Made by a program: the position numbers and the translations under genes. Positions 1 to 13,854 of a stretch of 64,000 nucleotides of DNA are shown one piece after another. The stretch is taken from assembly GCF_009914755.1 (NCBI RefSeq), contig NC_060933.1. The stretch is one strand, 5' to 3'. A model generated the notes under the pieces. That model was not told the DNA's origin, ran no database searches, and was given only the letters and a program-made list of their open reading frames with translations. This DNA comes from the human T2T-CHM13v2.0 reference genome, Homo sapiens. Each line of letters opens with the position of its first letter. Position 1 is the first letter of the stretch.

Positions 1-584
1 AACAGGTTATGGGCTGCTCAGCTCTTCCTGCCATATCACAAATAGAGGCTCATTGTCAAAACATAGATGAGTTGGGAAGCAGCTTTTGAGCTTGCCCTGA
101 GCTTTTTGTAAGTCAAGATGTGTGTAAGCCAGAGTCAAAAGTGGAATCATGAAAAAAACAGATGAAAGGTGATTTTTTAAGGTGTGATAATATGACCGAA
201 ATATCTCTTTCACAGCTTGTAAATAATTTATACCCAGATTCTTTGTTGATGTCCTATTCTTTATTCTTTCGCCTAAATTGCAAAGACAAGAGGTTGTTTC
301 AGGTGAGTCTCTTGTCCTGTACTCAGCACCGCACCTGGTGCAAGGTAACTGCTAAATAAACAGCATTTATTTAATTAACTTGGGTCAGAGAAAAAATTTG
401 AACTGAGATTTTTTTAATTCCAAATTTTGCACACCTTTTCCTATACGACTTAAGCAGAAGGATTCAGTGCCCTTTTCTAATCAAAATAACAATTGTTACC
501 TGCTAGCAGTTTTTGGTCCAGAAATGTTCACGTACTTTGGATTACAGCTTTAAGATCTTAGAAAACAGAACCTCATGTCCAAAA

Positions 585-700
585 TTTAATTTCACAGGTG
601 AAGAGACAAGGGCCAGGGAGTGAGAGGAATTTGTCCTAGGTCCCCCAGCAAATTTGTGGCAGAGATAAGACTAGAGCCGACGTCTTGACTCAAGGTTCAA
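585..700 (-). mobile_element. MIR SINE fragment
   Basis: Degenerate reverse-complement MIR core (ttcacaggtgaagagacaagggccagggag...gtggcagagataagactagagcc). Confidence 0.65.
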
Positions 701-751
701 TTGTTTCCCTCAGCACCTGGCCCTTTGCTTTCAGTATTAGCAGTCGTCCTT

Positions 752-1094
752 TTTATTTTATTTTATATTAACTTCAGGGATACACGTGCAGGATGCGCAG
801 GTTTGTTACATAGGTAAACGTGTGCCATGGTGGTTTGCTGCACCTGTCAATCCATCATCTAGATATTAAGCCTAGCATGCATTAGCTATTTTTCCTCATG
901 CTCTCCCTCCCCCTGCCCCCCACCCACCCAACAACAGGCCCCAGTGTGTGTTGTTCCCTGCCCTGTGTCCATGTGTTCAGCTCCCACTTAAAAGTGAGAA
1001 CATGCGGTGTTTAGTTTTCTGTTTCTGTGTTAGTTTGCTGAGTATAATGGCTCCATCCTTGTCCCTGCAAAGGACATGTCCTTGTTCCTTTTTA
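752..1094 (-). mobile_element. 5'-truncated L1PA (L1PA8-10-like) 3' end with TSD
   Basis: T-rich tail followed by L1 3'UTR (caggtttgttacataggtaaacgtgtgccatggtggtttgctgcac...); TSD AGCAGTCGTCCTT 739-751 / AGCAGTCATCCTT 1095-1107. Confidence 0.92.
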
Positions 1095-1416
1095 AGCAGT
1101 CATCCTTATTAAGTGTTATCTTTTTGTCCTCTGAGATTTCTAGAGCTATTAGTCTGTCTAAATTGAGGCCAATTAAAGAATTGCAAAAGTGTTTCTAGAG
1201 TCTTTGTTGGTGGCCAGGGCAGTTAGTCTGGGACACGAGGGAGGCAGGAGCCATCTAGGGCAGAGGGATTGTCTGCACTAGGACAGCTCTGTTAAAAAGG
1301 AGGACTTTTTTGTTTATGGGAAGATTTCCATAAAGATGATCTTCTGAGTGAAGGCTGGGCTTTAAGACGAAATGAGAGACAGTGTTGGTGGAAGAAGAGA
1401 ACTTAAGGCCAGAAGT

Positions 1417-1438
1417 TGTGTGTGTGTGTGTGTGTGTG
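1417..1438. repeat. (TG)11 microsatellite
   Basis: Read directly. Confidence 0.97.
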
Positions 1439-2266
1439 TATAATTATGCCTGAATATGTTTTATTTATTATAGTCTATGTGTGATTTTGTATTTGAAAGT
1501 AGATGCTTGATTCTACCACAATTAAAAAAAGGATATGCTTGGATTTGTCTGTAGTATGTGGGTGTGGAGGAGTTCATTTGAACAAGGGCATTTTTGTGTG
1601 TCCAGGACGTATCAACAGCCTCCTTAGAGGTGTCATATGTGCAGGGAATACTGAAGAGAGTGCATTAGTCTACATGTCTCTCTATATATTTTTTCTTTTT
1701 GTGTGTGTCTGGTTTTCCTAGATTTCTCTCTTGCATGTTTGTGGGTATGAGAGTCTGTTAGTATTAATATGTGAATGGGTGTGTGCTATTTGTCTGGGGA
1801 GGATGATTTAGGCAAGGATTTGAAAGTGTGCATTTAGAAATTGAGGGCATCTCTGTGTTATTATGAGTGTATGTGTGTTTGTGTGTGCATTTTAGAGTGG
1901 TTGGTTATCTGTGTGTATTTGCAAGGAGAAGGGGAATTCAGTGTGTTTCTGTGTTTGTGTGTTTGTTTGTGAATGGTATGTTTTGCAGAGGAGTGTACTT
2001 TTTATGTTCGAAAGTTAGGCAATCATGTAATTTATCATCCAAATGGGGATACATTTGAGAATGAAATATATATGTGTGTGAAAGGATGTCTTTGAATGTA
2101 CTTTTAAAAATGCATTTAATTTTGTGTGTGTTATTGGTGTCAGGAATTAAGAAAAAGAAGAGAAGTACAGGAGATATCATTAAATTATATAGATCTCTCT
2201 TCGACTGTAGCCTTATAACAGGGACATTAATAGAATTAACAGGTAAGAACAGGTCAGCCCCAAAGA

Positions 2267-2273
2267 TGTGTGC

Positions 2274-2311
<38 letters not shown>
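2267..2311. repeat. (TG)n microsatellite with TGCG interruptions
   Basis: Read directly. Confidence 0.97.
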
Positions 2312-2314
<3 letters not shown>

Positions 2315-2960
2315 CAGATCAATGAACTGAGAAAAGAGGTCATACATATCTTGTGGCGACAAAAACCCATATGGTTAAAAAAAAATCAGCACAGTAAGTA
2401 AGGGAAGAAATGTGAACTACATTGTGCTAGAAAGTGTCTTTTATGTACAACATCTGCTTTGCTGTGTCCTCTTTATGCTTCCTGCCTTGTTCCCCATGAG
2501 TAACTCTGGCTTGTGATGGCCAAGATAGCTGAGACCTTTCATTCTCTTACCTCCAAAGTTTGGAAAAATAACTCAGTGTGACCTCCATCAGGTAAGAGAA
2601 AGAAAGAGGCTAGGGAGAGTTGGCTGCTTCATTTCAGGTGAGTCAGAAAAGAAATCCCAGGGATGCTCCTAGTAGTCTCACTCTTTTTCAGAGTGTAGCT
2701 TCTGACTCCCTGGTTTATACATGCACCCCCTGGGGTTGGGAAATTCACTTGCTTAGTTCTCACTGGCTTTGTGGGATGTAGTGAAGAGACTAGAATGTTA
2801 CTGCTTCTACTCTACCATGTCGGTGTAGCAGTTTCTCAGTGGCTTCATCCCCCAGTCATCCCTTTTTTATGTGCACTCTATATGCTCATCGCAGTGGAAT
2901 GACTGCAGTCACTTCTGAATGTCATAATAGTGCTAGTAGCACTGCTAGTAGTACCAGTTG

Positions 2961-3481
2961 TGTGGTGTATTGGAGATGGCCACAAATTCATTGTCAACCT
3001 CTCATTGAAAGGTGGAATCTAATTGTCTCCCTTGGAATCTGGGATGGCTGTCCTACTTATTTGACCAACAGAATTTGTCAGAAGGGACTTTCTGTAACTT
3101 CTGAAGCTGTCTCATAAGAAGCCTTGCAGATTCTGCTCATGTCTCTTTCCTCTCTGGGAAACAAGTCGCGACTCAGGGATAAGCCTGAGACACATGGAGA
3201 GAACATCCTGATCAATCTGGTCTTTGCTGCTACCCTGGTCAACAGCCTGAGCTGGATACCTGGCTGACAAGTACCACCTTTTTCCTACACAGATGACAAC
3301 CCAGCCCATGAGCACCAGGTGAGTGAGTGAAGAAGTCATCCAGGAAGTGGGTGCTCCAGTTCATGCTGCATAGGTTGGAGACAACTCTTCTAGCTGAGGT
3401 CTTGTGATGCACAAAACAATGGTTATTTGATAATATTATGCTTTGGAGTAGTTTCTTTCATAACAGTAGATAATTGGAATA
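2961..3481 (+). mobile_element. MLT1G/H-like MaLR solo LTR
   Basis: Begins tgtggtgtattggagatggccacaaattc, contains ttgaccaacagaat, ends ataacagtagataattggaata, matching MLT1 termini. Confidence 0.8.
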
Positions 3482-3546
3482 GCATTACTAGAAATAGCTA
3501 ACATGTATTGAGCCATTGCTGCTTGTCAGAGTATTTTCTTAGGAAG

Positions 3547-3548
<2 letters not shown>

Positions 3549-3587
<39 letters not shown>
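3549..3587. repeat. (AC)19 microsatellite within a minus-strand MIR remnant (~3495-3750)
   Basis: Repeat read directly; flanks resemble MIR (cagatcacacagctagcaattggtagaa). Confidence 0.95.
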
Positions 3588-3591
<4 letters not shown>

Positions 3592-3975
3592 TATATAATA
3601 CATAATACACATGTATTTAATTGTATCTGCATATTAATCTAAGGGCTTTGGAGCTTTTATTATTCTCATTTTATATAAGAAAAATCTGAGGTTAGGCAAC
3701 TCTTCCAGATCACACAGCTAGCAATTGGTAGAAATGTATTCAGACTAGGACTTTATTTTTAACCGCATCTCTCCCTCATAGCTCTGTGCTTTTGTTCATG
3801 ATGATGTCGATATTTAGAAATACACTTTTTGTTTTCTTGGAATAACCTTCCCACTCACCCCACTCTACTCCAACTGACAAATTCTTTCTAATCCTTCATG
3901 GCTTAGCTCTATAGTTATGTTTTCCTACCCAAATCCATGTAGATGTCCCTCAGCCAGTACTGCACTGTCTTCTGC

Positions 3976-4090
3976 CTAGCTGCATGAAAACAAGCAAGTT
4001 ATTCCACCTCCCTGAGGCTCAGTTTTCTCATCTGTAAAATCAGTTAAAATGACTTCCTTATAGGTTTGTTGTGAAGATTAAATGGGCTGG
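3976..4090 (+). mobile_element. MIR fragment
   Basis: ctcagttttctcatctgtaaaat...ataggtttgttgtgaagattaaatg MIR core. Confidence 0.85.
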
Positions 4091-4229
4091 CAGATGCTAA
4101 AATGTGTCATGTATGGAGGACCACGATGCACACACTAACCATCATCAAAGCTGAACTGCAGGCTGGAAGGATGAGTTCCATAGTCAATTACCTTTTGCTC
4201 TATATGTCTCTGGGTGTGCTGAGTTGCCT

Positions 4230-4990
4230 AAGGCACCACTTGCGCCTTCAAAGAGCACATAGTTCAGTGGGACAGAAGACAAGTAAAAGAACCAATATAT
4301 TAATGAGATTCATGGCAGGATAGAGGGGAACATAGACTCTTTTAGTATCAAAAAGGGGCTCGTAATACCTTTGAGGAGGGCATTTCATGAAAGATTACCT
4401 GGAGGTGAAATAAGCCCTGCAGAATGAGAAGGTATTAGTGAGGCAAAGAAAAAGGAAAACCAGGCATTCCAGGTAAGAACAAGCTTAAGCAAAGCTATAA
4501 AGGAACCCAGGAGTAGGGTGTACGAGGGAACCTCCAAATAGTTTGATACCTACTTGCATAACAGATTTTGGGTGAAGGTGGTCTGGAGTAAAGAAGCAGG
4601 AGAGGCCTTTAGAGAGAACTTTGAATTCTAAGCTGAAGCCTTTCTCCCAAGGTCGTGAGATGCTATTAAAGGATTGAGAGCAGTGAGTGTAGATGAATAA
4701 TTCTGCATTTTAGAACCATTACTTTGGAGCCTGTTTTGGAAGGGCAGGACTGGAGGCAGAGATATGGATGGAGGATTGTTCAATATTCTAAAAGAAGGGT
4801 GATGGTAGTGTGATCCAGGAGCATGCGAGTGGGCCTTTGGAGAGATGCCAAAGCAAAAGAAAGAAGGAAACTTAGTGGCTGGCTAAGAGGGATAAAGGTG
4901 GGGAAGAAATCTGAATGAACACCTTGGTTTCTGACTTGGGTGACAGTTCATGGTGGCACCCCACATTCAAATAGAATTAAAAGAGTGCAG
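4230..4990 (-). mobile_element. L2 LINE fragment
   Basis: Antisense L2 motifs (ggcattccaggtaagaacaagc; ctgcattttagaaccattactttgg; ggtttctgacttgggtgac). Confidence 0.7.
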
Positions 4991-5199
4991 AAGGAGGGAC
5001 AGTCTCTTCTCCCTCTGGAGATGGGATTTCTGCAGGGAGGACACTGGGTCCTGTGACACTAGCTGTGCAGGTCACAGGCCTGCAGGAGCATTGAGCCAAG
5101 CAGGTCATTACAGGCATATCCACATCTGTTATAAAAACTGAACTCTAATCGTGCCAGACCCACTCTGGCATAATAAGTGTGGTTTTTAACATAATGCAC

Positions 5200-5430
5200 T
5201 GCTGGAGCGAAGTTGTCAGAAAAGCAGGAGGCGGAGGAGGTAATCTGTGAGACTTCAAAAAAGAAGATTGAAGCCATTTTATGTGGCTGGAAATGAGTCA
5301 TTTGTCAGCAATGCCAATGTGCTGTCAGCTTTGGAGGAGAGATGACGGGGCACCCTGGGGGGAGGGCTGGTGAAAGTGTCAACCTTCAGTCACCAGAGGC
5401 CATGTGTGGGGTAAAAAGTGTCAGTCACAT
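5200..5430. promoter_or_regulatory. Candidate enhancer (MEIS/TALE site cluster plus AP-1, YY1, NFI motifs)
   Basis: Five TGTCA on one strand in 210 bp, ATGAGTCAT 5293-5301, GCCATTTT 5273-5280; motif evidence only. Confidence 0.35.
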
Positions 5431-6109
5431 CACATCCCTGTCCTGACCTGGGTTAGAGGAAAACCAGGGTCACAGCAGAGCATTAGCCTTGTAACCAAGG
5501 AACCTTGTAACCCTCCTCTCTCAGGAAGGAACTGATGTGCTCAGCGTTCTCAAAGACTGTTCAGAGCTTTAATTCCTCGGGGCATGTGCACTTTAAAAGA
5601 AGAGTGGGAGTGCAACACTTAGGAAGAAGAAACTAAGGGGTAAGAGTGGATTGGTGGCAGAAAGGAGGAGAGATTTCGAGCAAGGACTTGCCTGAGGTCA
5701 CTTACATAGGTGAATACCCCTTCTCTCTACCTAGTTGCCAAGTCCAGGTTTATCTCTGGGTCCTAATAGCTTGGAAGCCATTCCTGGGAGTGACAACCCA
5801 TTCTAAATGGAGTGATCCCTGCTTTGTATGTTATTGCATTACCTGACACTCCCCTACCCCCATCATGCCAGTATCGATCACTTGGATACTTACTTGGGGT
5901 ACAGCAGCAGATCGTCCTAACTGGTTCAGCCTTCATTGCTCTGCTCTCATCCATTTTTTTTTTTTTTTGAGGCCATAGTGACCATCTTAACTTGAATTGA
6001 GTCTTCGCCTTTCCCTGTTCTTTGTGTCCTCCCAAGCTACCTGGCTTTGGTCTCTAACAACCTATACCATTTCAATCTCAAACAAGAATAACTTTTCCTT
6101 TGTTCTCTT

Positions 6110-6971
<862 letters not shown>

Positions 6972-7044
6972 CTATTTCCCTCTCACACTTTCTGTGGCAG
7001 GATAGCTTTGGGGAACAGAAGTTATAGAACCCCTTCCATTAGAC

Positions 7045-7212
7045 CAGTGGTTCTAAAAATCTCCTAAAGACATAGATTAGAGGGTCCCACCCCGGTGCTT
7101 CTGATTCAGTAGGTCTGGGGTGGATTTCAAGAATTCACATTTCTGAAAAGTTCCCAGGTGGTACTGATGATGCTGGGTGGGGGGGTCACACACCTTTAGA
7201 GATAGTGCACTG
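7045..7212 (-). mobile_element. MER5A hAT-Charlie DNA transposon
   Basis: cagtggttct end and ttctgattcagtaggtctggggtgg...catttctgaaaagttcccaggtg core. Confidence 0.85.
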
Positions 7213-7762
7213 CACATAATCTCTAGAGGCAAGGACTCTGCTTTTCACATTTGCTATTGCTATACGCAGATGCTATTGCTTAAACATACATACTGCTATG
7301 TTGTATATGCTCAAAAATTTTGTTGAATATGTGAAAGAAACTCAGTGGGCCCCTTTGCCCATCATGTAGTTCTGTTCCCAGAGCTAATTCCTCTTATCCA
7401 TTCCTATTCCACGTTAGACGATCAACGCCATCACAAGCTCCCCTTACCAACCACTTGACCTTCTCTAGGTAGCTTTTATGTTCCACCCATCCTCCCCAAG
7501 AAACATCATCTATCCTTGTATTTTCTGTTCCTAAGGACTTGATGATATTTAGCAAACCACTTCAAGTTATGATGTTAACCAGTAATGGCAGATCAACATG
7601 TCACCTCTTTAAAGAGAAATTTTATTCTAACATTCGATTGAACATTGATCCATAATTGTGGTCAACTTGTACAGTATAGCTTGCTGGCTAAACTAAGCTT
7701 TTACAGATCTTAGTAAAAGAGTTTTATTTAGTAAACTATATAGCATTAAAAATAATTGTGAG

Positions 7763-8080
<318 letters not shown>

Positions 8081-8860
8081 CTATGATAAACAGCTTAATA
8101 GCAAAAATTACTTGTCTGTACTTTAGAAATATCCACATGCATAGTATAAATTGGTGTGTTAACTATAATTGTTTCTTATCTATGCTACGAGGATATTTAT
8201 TGAGCAAATATTTTGGTACAGTAGGTAGAATTGCCACATACAGCTCAAAAAATAGATGCATGCATACATACTTATATAAGTACATACATACATATGTATC
8301 TAAGTATAGATATGGGTAAAGATGTATGTGTATATGTTTTTGTCTTCATGAAACCCAAAAGGTTTTCCCTTTTTACCTAATCTCATTGAGTCCACATGCA
8401 TTAAGTTTTATTCTAAGAAATAGGGTCTAGTATAATAAGCGTTATCTGTTTTCACACATACTAGATCGTGCCACTCCCCTCACACTCATTAAATGAGCAT
8501 TTAGTAAAATTTCTGAAAAATTACTTCTGCTAGATCAAGCTGTAAACTATTAGAGACTAGAAGTGATTTATTTATTTATGTATTTTTATTGGTGGCAAGG
8601 CATCACAATCCCTGAGCAATTTACCAGGTTGATTTAATTTAGAGTCACTTCCATGCTTTCCTGGAGATCTACCCTAAATCTCTAGCTGAACAATGTTAGA
8701 AATTGATGAAATGTTCAACCCTGTGTCACACATACACACGAAGTTCAATTTCAGTACTGATACTCTCATCTGCAGGCTTGGTACTGCTTAGAGAAAATCA
8801 AATATTTTCTTTCCTCTAGAGTCAGATAGGTGCTTGTGACAGTAAGAAATAAGGATGAGA

Positions 8861-9090
8861 ACTAATGCACTGAGCACATGCTATATGCCAGGTGCCCTTT
8901 GTAGGTTGTCATGATCCTACGCCAACCCTGGGAAATAGACATCATTTTTTCTTCCAGGAAAATTAAACAAAAAGCCGAAAGAAAAAAGAAAAGAAGAAGT
9001 CTGGGAGTGAAGTTATATGCTTAAAGGCATGCATCTAGCAAATGGCAAAAAAAATGGATGAAGACACAAGACTGATTGTCACTAAAAACC
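8861..9090 (-). mobile_element. MIR remnant
   Basis: ctgagcacatgctatatgccaggtg ... catctagcaaatggca. Confidence 0.55.
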
Positions 9091-9689
9091 ATGTGGTATG
9101 TTTGAGCAAGGTCAGTGCCACGGTAGAACCACTTGTGACCACATGCCAGCTATGGGTATAACTAAAAAACATGAGTAGTCAGAAATCATTTTCCAATTAT
9201 GTCCCTCCGTTTGTTTCACTCCAGGGAGTTGTATGTGATCTTTTTCTCTACTGAATTTCAAGACAAGGATTTTGTACCACTTTTCTGAAACTTCTCTGAG
9301 ATGTCTTTCATCTCACGTCTTTTTGTTTTATTTAATTTTGAGAATCAAACTAAGTCCCTCTCATTTATGAATCCTTCTCTGAATCCACCACTGAAAGTAA
9401 CTTTCTTCATTTACTTATTATAGAATCCTGTGTTTTTTATCAATCATTTGACAATTTGCAACTTGCCTTAAACCTATGTATTAGGGTATTAAATATTTTC
9501 TATTTAAATATTTATTAGGATACTAAATTAGTTTAACTCAAGGGATATTAGGGTTGATGATAGAGATGTGTGAGGCTGAAATTTTGAATCAAATCAATGG
9601 CATTAGGTTTGTTCAACCTCTAATTTCCTTCCCAAGATGGAGAGAAATATATATATAGAGAAAATAGGATTTCCCTGGTATTTCCAAAC

Positions 9690-9840
9690 CGTTACCTTTG
9701 AAGCTCAAGTTCCTCCCTGTAAAATGGGAATAAAAATTATTATCATGCCTTGCTTGTGAGGCTAATGTGAAGGTCAGATGAAATAATATAAGGGAGAGTG
9801 CTTAAAAAACACAAAGAGTTGTTATCATTAGTATTATATT
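9690..9840 (+). mobile_element. MIR remnant
   Basis: ctcaagttcctccctgtaaaatgggaataa...gtgaaggtcagatgaaataat. Confidence 0.7.
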
Positions 9841-9927
9841 AGTAGGTCAACAACAAAAACAGGAACCAAAAAACAAAATCCATGAATCCATGAATGACTT
9901 GAAAAAAAAAACCAAACTTCTCTTTAA

Positions 9928-10303
<376 letters not shown>

Positions 10304-11469
10304 TAGCTTATTTTGCTTATTCCCAAATTCTTGGTAAAATTCAATTTCTTTGTACACTTTACTATTATAGAATTAGTAAAGATTTTAAACAAGTGTCAGC
10401 CTATTTTTAATAGGTTTCCTAGGCAGTAAAGATTAAAAACAGAATAACCAATGGGGATGGGGAAAAGACGGTTTAAACTATCCAAGAAATAACATCATTA
10501 TTCAAGAGTTTATAAAATCTGTTTGGCAGTTTCCAATTGCTTGCCAAGAATACACAAATCATTCTTATTTATTTAACTCTTTACGTCTCAGTAAATTTGC
10601 ATGTACTAATGGCATTTCAAAATGAACGTAGTCTAAACCCTTCTTTTCCCAATGTAGGGAATTTGAAAACATCTGTAGCATTAGGAATTTTGACTAGATC
10701 AGAAACAGAAAGAATATGGCAAGTTGGTCTAACACTGTCCAACTCCGTGGCCATGGCAGGCATCACTAATGGATTATAGTACTTTTCCACTGAACTAGGA
10801 AGTAGCCTCAGAATCACTCTCTCCTCACTGCTCCCAGCAGCTGCTATCAATCAATTGCAGCTTTGCCACTGTAGGAGCTCTTAAATTTCATTGTTTAGCT
10901 CTGACATTTTCAGAGGATATAAATGCAATGAATTTGCCTAACTCCTGAAATTCATTTTCTTAAAAAAACGATCTGTTCCTATTCTCTGGAAGGTGGTGAC
11001 AAATTTCAGCATTTAAGTTGGTATTTCTCATTCAGTTGTCTGTCTTCTCCATTTCCCAATCTGTGAATGGTACTGGTGTTTCTCAGTAGGAGATGCCAAG
11101 TAAATGAAGCTGCCCAGCAGGAAACCCTGTTTGGCAATTCTAACAAGGCTTGAAGAATTGGTTTCCTCATTAGAAACAACAAAAGTTTTCTATCTGATGA
11201 ATTCGCAAGTTCCTGATCTGGTGCTCTCCTGAACAAAATATTGATGTGTAAGAAATACAAATGAAAAGTAAATCCTCAGTAATGATGGTATTAAGCATTC
11301 ACCTAGATTATAGGAGATAAAAATTCCATTTCCTTGCAATGTATTGTCTCTATTGATAGACTTTAACTCTGGGAGTGGAAGGATTTTTATCTCCTGAGTG
11401 GGGATTACCACATGATGAAATCCTACCATGTGTCTATGTCCTTCATGCGTACTATCTCACTGAAATCAC

Positions 11470-11730
11470 AATAATAATTGTTAACATATATTAAAGCTCA
11501 CTCTGTGTCTGGAACTGTTCTAAGTACTTTACTTGAATTAACTCATTTAATCCCCACAAGAGCACTATGGAATAGGTAATAATAACATTTTCTAACAAAT
11601 AAGGAAATAGAGGCAAAGAGAATTTAAGTAATTTGCCTGAAGGCCATACATTAGTAAGTGGGGCAGCTTGCATTTGAATCTGTGTAGTCTGGCTCCAGGA
11701 TCTGAACTTAGAACCACAGTATTATACTAT
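11470..11730 (-). mobile_element. Near full-length MIR
   Basis: aactcatttaatccccacaa...aaggaaatagaggcaaagagaatttaagtaatttgcctgaaggcc...gtctggctcc. Confidence 0.88.
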
Positions 11731-11864
11731 CTTATGATGTTCCCAAGGGTTGAGTGTTACATTTATTTTTCCAATGAGTAAAGCAAACTTCAAAACCTAG
11801 GTTGCTGGCCCCATTGCCTTTCAGCCAGAAAGTGACAAGAATTAGATAGCAGGGTAGAGCCAGC

Positions 11865-12030
11865 ACTTCTCATCTATCATCTTATTTGATTCTGGCTACC
11901 ACCCCATGATGTAGATGGTAGTATTTCCCCCCTTTAACAGATGGTGAAACAGGTTCTACTTCGATTGTAACTTCTCAACATAATACAGCTTGTGAATGTA
12001 GAGCCAGGCTTTGAATGAGGGAGCCCAACT
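11865..12030 (-). mobile_element. MIR remnant
   Basis: tttaacagatggtgaaacagg...gagccaggctttgaa. Confidence 0.65.
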
Positions 12031-12547
12031 GGAGGATGTCCATGTGATACCAGTTATCAAGGAGCTGACAATCAGATCTGAAAGAAGGAACAGTGCAAAT
12101 ATGAAAAAAATCTTCCAAGTCTGGTGGACCAGAGACATCGTGAGGCAGCTCTGAAAGAGGACAAAGGGCTCAGAGAAAAATTAGAGTGATACAGTCAGTT
12201 TCAGCGATGAGGAGGATCATTAATTGACTCTTTAAGAATAAGTACAGGGTAGGTTATGGAGTCTTAAAGAAAAGTAACTGCCAATATCTGTGGGGGTAGG
12301 GGTGGGGACACTGTGTGTTTGTATGCTGATAGTAAGGAGATCAGCATCTAGTATTCAATTTCCCAAGAGGCACTAATATTTGATTGACATATAAAATAGA
12401 AGATTGTTGAAGATCTATGGTTAATATCTGTTTAATATCTGCTTCATCAAATTCAATGAAAATGTTTCTGAGCTTTACTTCAGAGCCCAGACAGAAAGAT
12501 TCTGGAATTTAGTTTTTCCTTATTTATTCTCAGTCTTATTCTATTCC

Positions 12548-12708
12548 CATTTTCCTCTTTTCTTTCCCCTCTTTTTTCCCCCTTTCTTCCCTCCTGTTCT
12601 CTCTTCTTCTCCTCCTCTTCCTCTTCCTGTTTCCCCTTCTTCCTCCTCCTCTCTTCCTTTTCCTCTCTCCTCCCCTCCTGCTTTCCCTCTCTGCCTCACT
12701 TCCACCTC
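12548..12708. repeat. CT-rich low-complexity tract
   Basis: Almost pure pyrimidine on + strand. Confidence 0.9.
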
Positions 12709-13854
12709 ACAGTATTCTTGGGACTTCTTTTCAGCCCATAACGGAATTCTGTTCTTTAAGTAGGGCTTTAAAAAATTGTGACCCTTAGTTTATTTTAATT
12801 CCATTTCAGCCTTTGATATGTCGGCAGTAAATGGTTCTTATGTTCATTCCTTCCACACACAATCTCAGCCCCCATTGTGCCATTAGATTTGTGCATCTCC
12901 TCTGCTATTCTGCCTTATATGTGTGTATGCGTATATATATGCATATAAAATATAAAATGTCTACATATATAGGTTACACACACACATTCACTGCTAGCTC
13001 ACAGTTTTGAGGTTTGAGGGTTGCTGGGTTTTCTTTCCCAATCATAAACAATGTTTCCATTCTACAGCCCTTCTCTAGGGAAGACCCATAAAATTTGACT
13101 CATGAAGAGAGAGAAAAAAATTCAGGAGGCGAAATTAATACGGGGAGAAAATGAAAGAGATTTAGTGCAGCTATCAACCGACCATTGTGCTGTCTTTAAG
13201 AGTCTGTTGAAACAACATAATAAGAGGTAATAAAGGCTGGATTTATAGCCTACCTGGCGGAAATGGCTGTCTGTTTGTATCTTGCCCAGTTGCAGACCAC
13301 TGCAGGTCTGTCTTGGGAGCAGGATCTTTTTTCCTCAGAGATCTCTTTTTTTTTCCCTTGGACTCAAGGGACATTAGAAAGTATCCAAATCAGGTTGGCA
13401 GATAAGTTAAACATCTCTCTGGTTCTTTCTCTTCCCTTCTTTGCTCTGGGATTTAAGGACCCAGTATTGTTTCTTTTAAAAGCTGTATTTGATTTGGTTT
13501 GCCTAGGAAAGCCCTCAGTGATTACTAAAATAGGTAAAGAGAACTTTGAACTTTAAAAATGGTCCTGCCAGCTCCTATGGGATTAAGGGCTTATTCTTTC
13601 ACCTTAAAGTTGAAATAAATATCCCAAAACTTCTAAATTAGTACAAATCAGTCTCTTGAAAGGAAGGTGAAACACACTGCCCAGGTAGTATGAGAAAATC
13701 AAGGATCAAGAAGACAAGAGGAATAGATGGTGTCTGCTCACAAAGGGGTCTGGACCATGTTGTAGGAGGCAGCTGGGACAGGGGTTAGTCTGCTGAACCT
13801 GTAGTGCTCCTTACCGCTTGATGAGTGATCAGAATTTTGAAGCAATTGGAGCTT

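Noticed and set aside
2559-2643. Acceptor at 2558 with donors CAG|GTAAGA (2591) and CAG|GTGAGT (2637)
   Set aside because: Weak AAG acceptor and very short exon; such pseudo-exons are expected by chance in 64 kb
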